Of a stretch of 64,000 bases of DNA, positions 54,306 through 62,505 are shown one piece after another. A program made the translations under genes and the position numbers. Under the pieces are notes generated by a model that ran no database searches, was not told where the DNA came from, and worked only from the letters and a program-made list of their open reading frames with translations. How positions within the stretch are numbered: the first letter of the stretch is position 1; each line of letters begins with the position of its first letter. The stretch is from Acidimicrobiales bacterium (GTDB lineage Bacteria; Actinomycetota; Acidimicrobiia; Acidimicrobiales; Bog-793): positions 3,551-67,550 of the forward strand of contig JBEKBT010000004.1 of the NCBI GenBank assembly GCA_050015255.1, given 5' to 3'.

Positions 54306-56040
54306 CGGTGTGAGCGCCGCTCCTCCGTGGTTGCCGGACGAGGCGACGCTGACCCGGTTGGCCACCGAGTTCTTCGGCCCCATGCCGGGTCACGAGACAG
54401 GACCGGCCCTCCCGGCCGATCCGACAGCGGCCCTGCACGTGCCACAGCCGTCGGCTGAACCGGCCGACTACCAGGCGCCCGCCGTGGTCTCTGGTTACCC
54501 GCCTGCGGCCGACGTGCCGGGGTACCAGCCGCCCGATCTGCTCTCGAGCTACCACCGGGCCGCATCGGTCCCGGGCCGACTGGCGGCTCTCGCCTCTCAG
54601 CCGCCGGCCCTCTCCGTACCGGGCGTGCCGGCTGCCAGCGCCGCCGCGATCGGGGGCGCCACGAGGTCGGATCAGCTGGAGCGGGCATTGAATCTGCCTG
54701 GCGCCGCCCAGGCTGGTACGCCCTCGTTCTACTTCATCGAGGAACGCCAGCCGCCAGCTGGACTGCTGACCACTCCCGGCCCTCGGACCGCGGCGCCAGT
54801 GGATGCCTATCCGGCCTTTCACGTCGAGGCGGTGCGGCGGGACTTCCCGATCCTGCACGAGCGGATCCACGGACGACAGCTCGTCTGGCTCGACAACGGC
54901 GCCACGACCCAGAAGCCGCAGGTGGTCATCGACCGGTTGGCGTCCTTCTACTCGCATGAGAACTCGAACATCCACCGCTCCGCGCATTCTCTTGCGGCGC
55001 GATCCTCCGATGCCTACGAAGGCGCCCGGAAGAAGGTCGCGGACTTCCTCGGCGCGCCGTCGGCCGCGGACGTCGTGTTCACCCGCGGCACGACCGAGGC
55101 GATCAACCTGGTCGCCCAGGCCTGGGGCCGCCAGCACGTCGGCCGGGACGACGAGATCGTGATCTCGCACCTCGAGCATCACGCCAACATCGTCCCGTGG
55201 CAGCAGCTGGCCGCCGAGACCGGGGCGAAGCTGAAGGTCATCCCCGTCGACGATGACGGCCGGCTGCTCCTCGACGCCTACGGCGACCTGCTGAGCGAGC
55301 GGACCAGGCTGGTCTCGGTCGCGCACGTCTCCAATGTGCTGGGCACGATCGTCCCGGTGAAAGAGGTGATAGACGCGGCGCACCGCGTCGGCGCCAGGGT
55401 GCTGATCGACGGGGCGCAGGCCGTCGCGCACATGGTCGTCGACGTTCAGGACATGGACGCGGACTTCTATGTGTTCTCCGGGCACAAGATATTCGGTCCC
55501 ACCGGCATCGGCGCCCTGTACGGCAAGTCCGACCTCCTCGAGGAGATGCCGCCGTGGCAGGGCGGCGGGAACATGATCTCCGACGTCACTTTGGAGCGGA
55601 CCATCTACCAACGCCCGCCGGCCAAGTTCGAGGCGGGGACGGGCAACATCGCCGACGCCGTCGGGCTGGGCACCGCCCTCGACTACCTGAGCCGGCTCGG
55701 GCGGAGCATCATCGAGCGCTACGAGCACGAATTGCTCCAGTACGCCATCGCCGAGATCCGCAGCGTCCCCGGACTTCGCCTGATCGGGACCGCTCCGGAG
55801 AAGGCGAGCGTTCTCACCTTCGTGCTGGACGGTTACCGACCGGAGGAGGTGGGCTCAGCGCTGGATAGCGAGGGCATCGCCGTGCGCGCCGGTCACCACT
55901 GCGCCCAGCCGATCCTGCGCCGCTACGGGTTGGAGTCGGCCGTGCGCCCATCGCTGGCGATGTACAACACCTACGCCGAGGTCGACCTGCTCGTCGCCGC
56001 GCTGCGCAGACTTTCCGCGGACGCCGGCAACCGCCGCTGA
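54280..56040 (+). CDS. SufS/CsdA-type cysteine desulfurase with a ~190-aa disordered N-terminal encapsulin cargo-loading domain
   Basis: The N-terminus is Pro/Ala-rich and carries LTRLATEFF, like the conserved LARLANEFF-type loading motif of Family 2A cargo. The catalytic domain has FPILHERIHGRQLVWLDNGATTQKP, HHANIVPW, SGHK (PLP Lys) and RAGHHCAQP (catalytic Cys). ATG 54280 overlaps the shell gene by 26 nt. An alternative GTG at 54310 lies 4 nt after the shell stop. Confidence 0.9.
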   Translation: MTTHTPTGDGVSAAPPWLPDEATLTRLATEFFGPMPGHETGPALPADPTAALHVPQPSAEPADYQAPAVVSGYPPAADVPGYQPPDLLSSYHRAASVPGRLAALASQPPALSVPGVPAASAAAIGGATRSDQLERALNLPGAAQAGTPSFYFIEERQPPAGLLTTPGPRTAAPVDAYPAFHVEAVRRDFPILHERIHGRQLVWLDNGATTQKPQVVIDRLASFYSHENSNIHRSAHSLAARSSDAYEGARKKVADFLGAPSAADVVFTRGTTEAINLVAQAWGRQHVGRDDEIVISHLEHHANIVPWQQLAAETGAKLKVIPVDDDGRLLLDAYGDLLSERTRLVSVAHVSNVLGTIVPVKEVIDAAHRVGARVLIDGAQAVAHMVVDVQDMDADFYVFSGHKIFGPTGIGALYGKSDLLEEMPPWQGGGNMISDVTLERTIYQRPPAKFEAGTGNIADAVGLGTALDYLSRLGRSIIERYEHELLQYAIAEIRSVPGLRLIGTAPEKASVLTFVLDGYRPEEVGSALDSEGIAVRAGHHCAQPILRRYGLESAVRPSLAMYNTYAEVDLLVAALRRLSADAGNRR

Positions 56041-56158
56041 GCGACACCGGGGTGCGGGCGGCGACGAGCACCGGGTGGGACGCCACCCCGGGGCATCGCC
56101 GCCCACCCCGGGGCTGTCGGATGCCCACTTGGTCCGGTCTGCTACCTTCCCATAGAGC

Positions 56159-57688
56159 ATGACCTCACAAGGCGACCGCCGGCCCGCGCACCTCTGGGCC
56201 CTTCGTTCCACACTCGCGGTAGTGATCCTCGCCTACCTGGTGCTTCCCGTCATTGAAGCCCGGTTCATCCTGAGGTCCAGCGCGAACATACCGATCTCCG
56301 ACACCTGGAACTTCATCCCCGTGATCGCAGGGTTCGTCAGGACCGGGCACATACCATGGGCGGTGATCTTCAAATTCTACGGTGCTGGTCGACCGGTACT
56401 CGAGCGGCTCGGACTGCTGCTGGACGCGAAGTACTTCGCGATGAATGTTCAACTGGTGAAGCTGTCGTCGGTCCCGGTCGGGATCCTGGAGACGGCGTGC
56501 GCCATTTGTGCCTTCCGCTTCGCCCTTCCGCGGGCGCGACTGGTGGTGGTGCTGCTCGCAGCATATCCAGTGGCGCTCGTCATATTTTGTTGGAACAACT
56601 GGCAGAACCTTCTCGATGAGTGGAACCTCATGAATCTGGCTGCCGTCGCGCTTGGGTTTCTCGCGATCGTGCTGACCGGGCAGCTCCGTTCTGGAAGTCG
56701 AAAGAGTACATACCTTTTGCTTCTGGTGATGCTTACTTGCGCCGTGGCGTCATTCACGGGAGAGTCGGGGACTCTGTCCTGGATCGCGTGCGCACTGGTC
56801 TTGTGGCTCCCGTTCTCGCGTTCTCACCTGGCCGAAAAGCTTGCCTTCTCGGCGGTAGCCGTCGTGTTCCTTGTGCTCTACTTCGTCGGCAGCTCCGGGG
56901 TGGTTTCAGGACACCCGCTGCACCATATGGGGACAGTGGTGGAGTTCGCGCTGATATGCCTGGGCAACGGCGTGGTAGGTGGCGGCGTCAAGGAGCTGGC
57001 GTTGGCAAGGGCGATCGGGGTCGCAGAAGTGGCGATAGCCCTGATCGTGTTGGGAATGTGGTATGTCGACCGAAGGCTGAGGGAGGATCGGGCTATGCAC
57101 GTCGCCGTGGGTTTGATGGCCTTCGGCGCCATGGCTGCGGTTTCGACGGCGCTGAGCCGTTTACAGATCGGAATCGACACGGCGATGTCTTCGAGATATG
57201 TTGTGTTGACCGCCCCGGTGGTGATCGGGATCTATCTGGTCCTGGTTCGGTTGTTCAGCCTGCGTGAAGCTGGCGAGGGGAGGGTTGCGTTCGGGTTGAG
57301 GACCGCAGGTGTGCTGGCCCTGCCATGTCTGCTGGCGGCGGTGCTTTCTGCCGTCGCTGTCACTTCCGATATCAAGCTGAACAAGACATCTTCGAGCAGG
57401 AGGGCGTATTACGTCGCACTGAAGCACATGACCTGCGATCCGGACGCCTACTCGAATCTTGATCTTTCGAGGTTCGACCATTTCGGGAGTTTGAACTCGC
57501 GGGAAAAGGCGGAGTTGCTGGCCCAGATCGCGGACCTCCGGCGCGCGAAGTTGAGTGTGTTCTCCGGAGGTCTCTGCTGGGCTTACGCCCGTGCCGCGGC
57601 GCGCGGCCCGAGGCCGGAGAGTTCGCGTCATGCGGACAAAAGCGCGCGGGAAGCGCGCACGGGGCACCGGGTTCCGACAGCTCTCTGA
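56159..57688 (+). CDS. polytopic membrane protein of unknown function (lower-GC gene)
   Basis: 509 aa with about 11-13 hydrophobic helices and a soluble C-terminal tail. It has visibly more A/T-ending codons than its neighbours. I recognised no diagnostic motif. It may be glycosyltransferase- or polymerase-like. Confidence 0.6.
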   Translation: MTSQGDRRPAHLWALRSTLAVVILAYLVLPVIEARFILRSSANIPISDTWNFIPVIAGFVRTGHIPWAVIFKFYGAGRPVLERLGLLLDAKYFAMNVQLVKLSSVPVGILETACAICAFRFALPRARLVVVLLAAYPVALVIFCWNNWQNLLDEWNLMNLAAVALGFLAIVLTGQLRSGSRKSTYLLLLVMLTCAVASFTGESGTLSWIACALVLWLPFSRSHLAEKLAFSAVAVVFLVLYFVGSSGVVSGHPLHHMGTVVEFALICLGNGVVGGGVKELALARAIGVAEVAIALIVLGMWYVDRRLREDRAMHVAVGLMAFGAMAAVSTALSRLQIGIDTAMSSRYVVLTAPVVIGIYLVLVRLFSLREAGEGRVAFGLRTAGVLALPCLLAAVLSAVAVTSDIKLNKTSSSRRAYYVALKHMTCDPDAYSNLDLSRFDHFGSLNSREKAELLAQIADLRRAKLSVFSGGLCWAYARAAARGPRPESSRHADKSAREARTGHRVPTAL

Positions 57689-57907
57689 AGTTCTCCGACC
57701 CGGCTTGGCACGAACGCGCCTGCGAGCTCGAACGGGCGATGGTCTCGCGGCCACCTCCGCCAGGTCGCGGCCGATGTCCGGCGATGATCCACTGCCGACG
57801 CGGCCCGGCCACGTAGCATCGTGTGAGGCGTGGCCTGAGGGCAGGCACCCATATGCCGGCAAACGGCGTGGACGCGACGAACGAGGGCACGGAATGGTCA
57901 GGCACCG

Positions 57908-58327
57908 ATGAGCGACGAGACAGGGGGCGAGAGGCTCGAGGACTTCGATTTCGAAATCGAGTTGGATCCGGCTGAGCCCGGTCCCGAGGACGAGGAATGG
58001 CCGGAAGTCGAGGAAATTCGAAACGACCTTCTCGCGGCCATCGAGGAGCTGGGCCTCTCGCCCGGTGGCGCCGCGGACACCGGACCGGCTGTTGGCTGTT
58101 ACCTGTCGACCGTCGCCGTGGACCGGGACGGGCAGGGGAGCCTCGTCGTACGCTGGCAGCTGCGTGACCGGCCCGGTCCTGGCGAGACAGCGCCGTTGCG
58201 CGAGGTCGAGTCGATGGACATCCTCAACGAGGCGCTCGGGCCGCTGCTCTTGGCCCTGGGGTTCCCGACCGAGCCGTACGCTGTCGACGGCCGCTGGATC
58301 GTCACGGGACCTCGAAGCGAGAGCTGA
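57908..58327 (+). CDS. hypothetical acidic protein
   Basis: 139 aa. Very acidic N-terminus (EDFDFEIELDPAEPGPEDEEWPEVEE), then a plausible globular part. The RBS is weak and I recognised no family. Confidence 0.45.
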   Translation: MSDETGGERLEDFDFEIELDPAEPGPEDEEWPEVEEIRNDLLAAIEELGLSPGGAADTGPAVGCYLSTVAVDRDGQGSLVVRWQLRDRPGPGETAPLREVESMDILNEALGPLLLALGFPTEPYAVDGRWIVTGPRSES

Positions 58328-58388
58328 CAGGCTGGAACGCTCGAGAGCAAGGGGTCGTGTCCGATGTCTCGGCTCTTCGTAGCCTTGC

Positions 58389-58844
58389 TCAGTGCGGCTC
58401 CCACGCACCCGGGCGTGTGACGAGGCGAGCCACTTGGCTGGGGAGCTTGCCGGTCACGACCTGCTCGAGCGTGACCTCGTCGAGCACGCCGCGCAGGCAC
58501 GCTCGGACGGCGACCCAGACTTTTTGCAGGTGGACCGCGGCGTCTTCGTAGCTGGCCGACTCGGGGCGCATGCCGCGCACCTCGGCCAGCGGGCCCTCCA
58601 GCCTGCGGAACACGTCGCCGATGGTGATCTCCGATGCGGGACGGGCGAGCTTGTACCCGCCTTCGTTGCCGCGCTGGCTCGTGACGATCCCGACTCGGCG
58701 AAGATCGTTCAGGATCGCGCGGAGGAAGCGGACGGGAAGCCCTTGAGCTTCGGCGAGCTCCTCGGCGGTGAGTGGCTCGCCGTCGCGGGCGGCCAAAGTA
58801 CACAGCGCCCGCAGCGCGTACTCGATTCTGGCTGAGATGTGCAT
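58389..58844 (-). CDS. Rrf2-family transcriptional regulator (CymR/NsrR/IscR-like)
   Basis: MHISARIEYALRALCTLA, a wHTH segment (LTAEELAEAQGLPVRFLRAILNDLRRVGIVTSQRGNEGGYKLA) and ITIGDVFRRLEG. It lacks the three-Cys cluster-binding motif in the C-terminal half, so it resembles a cluster-less CymR-type regulator. Confidence 0.85.
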   Translation of the reverse strand: MHISARIEYALRALCTLAARDGEPLTAEELAEAQGLPVRFLRAILNDLRRVGIVTSQRGNEGGYKLARPASEITIGDVFRRLEGPLAEVRGMRPESASYEDAAVHLQKVWVAVRACLRGVLDEVTLEQVVTGKLPSQVARLVTRPGAWEPH

Positions 58845-58901
58845 TACCGCGTCCAGTCGCCCAAGGGCCGCCGCCCTACGCGAAAGCCCGTCCTACCCGT
58901 T

Positions 58902-58936
58902 AGTCGATCTTTTGAGTCGATTAAGCAGGGATAATC
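58902..58936. promoter_or_regulatory. candidate operator repeats upstream of the Rrf2 gene
   Basis: Direct repeat AGTCGAT-N6-AGTCGAT (58902-58921) overlaps the inverted repeat GATTAAGCAGGGATAATC (58919-36). It lies 58-92 nt upstream of the Rrf2 start in an AT-richer patch. Confidence 0.3.
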
Positions 58937-58969
58937 TACCAGCGGCGAGAACAGGCCGCGTCCTTCGAC

Positions 58970-59458
58970 TCAATCCTCGACGAGCAGGCTGGAGTCGACC
59001 GCCTGCAAGTAGCTGGTCCAAGCCGCACGCACGGCATCGCGGTGAGAGTCGAGCTCGCCATCGACGGCTGCCCGGTAAGCCTCCCTCGCGTTGTCCACCG
59101 ACCTCAGATAGTCGTCGCGGGCGATGGCCATGCTCTCGTTGTAGGCCTTGCGGATTTGAGCAGCCAGCTCGTTGTAGGTGGCGCGTGCTTGGGCGACGAT
59201 ATCGCGCCGCATGGTCGTGGGAGCGTTGGCGACGGCCTGCTTGTAGTCGGCCCAAGCGGCATCGATCGCGTTGCCGTGGGCCTCTTCGGCGGCAGCTTGC
59301 GCTTGCTCGTACACCGCGCGCACCGGCTTCAGGTCTTCTTCGTAACCTGCCCACGCGCCCTCGACGGCCTCGCGATAGACCTCCCAAGCGTCGTCGATGA
59401 TGCTCAGGTAGTGGTTGCGTGCCTCCAGGTCAGACGCGCCACTGTCGCCGTTAGGCAT
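58970..59458 (-). CDS. hypothetical helical-repeat protein
   Basis: About 162 aa from ATG 59458, which follows GGAGGAGGG. It has repeated (A/D)AWxxYxxAV-type units (DDAWEVYREAV, GAWAGYEED, DAAWADYKQAV, RAAWTSYLQAV). I recognised no family. Confidence 0.55.
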   Translation of the reverse strand: MPNGDSGASDLEARNHYLSIIDDAWEVYREAVEGAWAGYEEDLKPVRAVYEQAQAAAEEAHGNAIDAAWADYKQAVANAPTTMRRDIVAQARATYNELAAQIRKAYNESMAIARDDYLRSVDNAREAYRAAVDGELDSHRDAVRAAWTSYLQAVDSSLLVED

Positions 59459-59678
59459 CAGCCACCCTCCTCCCAGGCCAACTGTCACGCACTCGCCTGG
59501 CGTCTTGTCTTCTCACGGAAGAGCCCATTACGTGCCGTTCTGTAGCTGTATCCATGGCCACCGTGGCGGCGTGACCTTCTCGGACGGAAAAATGCTAGTG
59601 CGCCTGTAATGGTACTCGGGCGAGCGATCTCCGGGCACGATGCGACCGATTGTGGAACGTGAGCTCCTCACGGTGGCC

Positions 59679-61613
59679 TCACGGCTCACGGCGGGCTCGT
59701 TCCCGGCCGGCCAGAAGGGCCCGCACCTGCCGCTGGGAGGCTTGGGAGCGCTCGGGTGTCACCTCGGCCAACCGGGCAAGGTCACGATGAGTCGCCTCGA
59801 TCGCCGCAAGGTACGGCGACGGCCTGCGGCTAGCGCGACGGCCGCCGAAGGATCTCTCACGAGCCCAGGAGCAACGCAGGTCGTCGATGGCTCGGGTGCA
59901 CGCGACGTAGAGCAGCCTGCGCTCTTCGGCGAGAGCTTCGGCACTGTGGGCGTGGGCGATCGGGACGAGGCCGTCCTCGAGGCCGGTCACGAAGACGACT
60001 CGCCACTCCAGACCCTTTGCGCGGTGAAATGTCACGAGGTCGACCGCGTCTCCGGCCTGACGGGGGGGATCCGAGCGCAGGCTCGCCTCGAGCCAGGACA
60101 CGAACCCGTCCGCGCTCGGGCGCGAGTCACAGCCGAGGTACTCACGGGCGAGATTTGCGAGCTCGGCGAGATCGTCGTCAAGGCACACCGGCTCCGCGAG
60201 GTGGTCGTCGCCGGGCGAGGCGTCGGCACGATCCGCTTCCTCAGTCGGGAGGCCCGGGGTGGCCCCTGGGTCCGGCGCGTTGAGATCCTCGAGCCAGGTG
60301 GGGAAGCCGGACGCGTCCGACGGGCTCGTCAAGCGGTCCAAGGCTCGCCGAACGGAAGGACGAGCGAGAAATGCCCGACCGCCCCCGCTGCGGAAGGGGA
60401 TGCCGGCGGCTTTGAGCTCGCGCTCGAAGAGGGTGAGCTGGGCGTTCGTTCGAGCAAGGATGGCGAGGCTCGACCACGGTGCGCCAGGGCTGCGGGCGTG
60501 CTTCAAGGACCTCACGACGCCGAGTGCCTCGTCGGCATCGGTCTCGTAAGCGACGATCGGCTGTGCCAGCGCGCCTGGGCGCTGGGAGGCCGAGACAAGC
60601 CCCCGGCCGGGCTCGGCTCCCGGCTGGGACGGTCTCGCACCCAGCCGGTCGATGTCCGAGATCGGTCCAGCTCCGAGCACAGATCCAGCTCCGAGGACAG
60701 ATGAGGCAACGGCCAGCACGACCTCGCTCGAGCGGTAGTTCAAGGGGAGGCGCACGACGTGGGAACCGGGATGGCGTAGAGGGAACTCGACGAGCGCCCG
60801 GGGATCGCTCCCGTTCCAGGCATATATCGCCTGATCGGGATCGCCGACCACGCAGAGGTCATCGTTGTCGCCCAGCCAGGCCTCGAGAAGCCTCACCTGG
60901 GCTGGGTTCACGTCCTGGTACTCGTCGACGAACACGTGGCGGAACCGCCACCGGGCGGAGGCGGCGAAGTCGGGGTCGGTCTCGAGTTCGCGCGCGCAGC
61001 GGAGCAAGAGGTCGTCGAAGTCGAGCACGCCATGGCGCTGCTTCTCCCGCTCGTAGCGTCTCCAGACCTCTGTGACGAGCGCAGGATCGCACTGGGTAGC
61101 CCTTGTCGAGGTGCTCACGGCCCGCGAGTAGTCACGAGCCGTGAGGCATTGCGCCTGCGCCCACTCGATCTCGAACGCGAGGTCCGCGAGCACGGCGCGG
61201 TCGTGCCTGATGTCGTGGCCTGCGGCCGCGGCGAGGAGGCGGGCCTTGGAGGCGATGACGACCGGTGCCGGTCGGCCTCGTTCGGCCGCGAGGCGCCGCA
61301 GCTCCCCGAGCGCGATGGCGTGGAACGTCCCGGCTGTCGGGGGCTGGGGGAGCCCGAGGTTGGACAGCCGGCCCCGCAGCTCGGAGGCCGCCTTGCGGGT
61401 GAAGGTGAGAGCGAGCACATAAGGCGCCGAGGCGGTGCCCTCGTTCACCCGCCAGGCGATGCGACGCGTGAGCACGCGGGTCTTGCCCGAACCGGCGGCT
61501 GCCAGGACGCACAAGGGACGCGCCTCGGTCGTGATCGCCTCGCGTTGCTGAGGGTCGCATCCGGCCAGCAGGCGTCCGGCAGTGTCGCTCGACCGAGTCG
61601 CGCTCGACGCCAT
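59679..61613 (-). CDS. UvrD/Rep/PcrA-family (SF1) DNA helicase
   Basis: Walker A in LAAAGSGKTRVL, then TFHAIAL, VFVDEYQDVNPAQ, a helicase C-terminal region (TFHRAKGLEWRVVFV, RLLYVACTRA). There is an 18-bp in-frame tandem duplication at 60667-60702. Confidence 0.85.
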   Translation of the reverse strand: MASSATRSSDTAGRLLAGCDPQQREAITTEARPLCVLAAAGSGKTRVLTRRIAWRVNEGTASAPYVLALTFTRKAASELRGRLSNLGLPQPPTAGTFHAIALGELRRLAAERGRPAPVVIASKARLLAAAAGHDIRHDRAVLADLAFEIEWAQAQCLTARDYSRAVSTSTRATQCDPALVTEVWRRYEREKQRHGVLDFDDLLLRCARELETDPDFAASARWRFRHVFVDEYQDVNPAQVRLLEAWLGDNDDLCVVGDPDQAIYAWNGSDPRALVEFPLRHPGSHVVRLPLNYRSSEVVLAVASSVLGAGSVLGAGPISDIDRLGARPSQPGAEPGRGLVSASQRPGALAQPIVAYETDADEALGVVRSLKHARSPGAPWSSLAILARTNAQLTLFERELKAAGIPFRSGGGRAFLARPSVRRALDRLTSPSDASGFPTWLEDLNAPDPGATPGLPTEEADRADASPGDDHLAEPVCLDDDLAELANLAREYLGCDSRPSADGFVSWLEASLRSDPPRQAGDAVDLVTFHRAKGLEWRVVFVTGLEDGLVPIAHAHSAEALAEERRLLYVACTRAIDDLRCSWARERSFGGRRASRRPSPYLAAIEATHRDLARLAEVTPERSQASQRQVRALLAGRERARREP

Positions 61614-61733
61614 GGACAGACCGTAGCGGCCGGGTGCCTCAGCCCTGAGCCACCGTGAGGTGCCTTCACGGACAGCAGGCCGACGCGCGGCTGTCAGCTT
61701 GGCCGATGGGCCGATGCGTTAGCTTTCTGGTCA

Positions 61734-62471
61734 GTGCTCACCTCCTTCGCCGGCTCGCGCCTGTTCGGGCAGCTGTATGGCACGGGCACGCCGTGGGTCC
61801 TCGCCCTGCACGGTTGGCGGCGGGACCACCGGGACTTCGATCCCGTCTTTGCACCGGGCGGCATCGACGCGATTGCCCTCGACCTGCCTGGCTTCGGAAG
61901 CGCGCCCGCGCCCGCTGCGGTTTGGGGATCTCCCGAGTACGCGGAAGCGGTCGCCGCCGTGCTGGACGAGATGGAGGCGCGCGTCGTAGTGCTCGGGCAC
62001 TCCTTTGGGGGACGCGTCGCGGTGCGCCTGGCCGCGAGCCGTCCAGAGCGGATCGCGGGTCTCGTGCTGAGTGGGGCTCCGCTTCATCGCCCTGGCGGCG
62101 CCCGACCGCAGCCGCGCCTTCGCTTCCGGTTGGCGCGTGGGCTGGCGGCGCACGGGGTGATCAAGAGGGAGAGGATGGAGGCGCTTCGCCAGCGCTACGG
62201 GTCCGACGACTACCGTGCGGCCTCCGGCGTCATGCGCGACATCCTCGTGCGCACGCTTGCGGAGGATTACACCGCCGTGCTCGCAGCGCTGCGGTGCCCG
62301 GTGGAGCTCGTATGGGGCGATGACGACACCTCCGCCCCGCTGGCTGTGGCCGAAAAGCTCGAAGCCGAGCTGTCTGTTGCGCACCTCGTCGTCTGCGCAG
62401 GCGCCGGCCACCTGACTCCTCTCACGGTTCCAGGCGAGCTACGTGCCGCGATCGGACGCCTGAAGCCTTGA
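61734..62471 (+). CDS. alpha/beta-fold hydrolase
   Basis: 245 aa. LALHGWRRDHRDF, the nucleophile elbow LGHSFGG, and a C-terminal GAGHL (His). GTG start. Confidence 0.8.
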   Translation: MLTSFAGSRLFGQLYGTGTPWVLALHGWRRDHRDFDPVFAPGGIDAIALDLPGFGSAPAPAAVWGSPEYAEAVAAVLDEMEARVVVLGHSFGGRVAVRLAASRPERIAGLVLSGAPLHRPGGARPQPRLRFRLARGLAAHGVIKRERMEALRQRYGSDDYRAASGVMRDILVRTLAEDYTAVLAALRCPVELVWGDDDTSAPLAVAEKLEAELSVAHLVVCAGAGHLTPLTVPGELRAAIGRLKP

Positions 62472-62505
62472 ACTGCAAAGGGTCGTCCGAGGGCACGCCC
62501 AGCCT

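Noticed and set aside
56041-56158. Intrinsic terminator after the cysteine desulfurase (repeated CACCCCGGGG / ACCGGGGTG motifs).
   Set aside because: The complementary segments are separated by a ~30-nt loop and lack a U-tract. CCCCGGGG palindromes are common in this GC range. The evidence is too weak to call.
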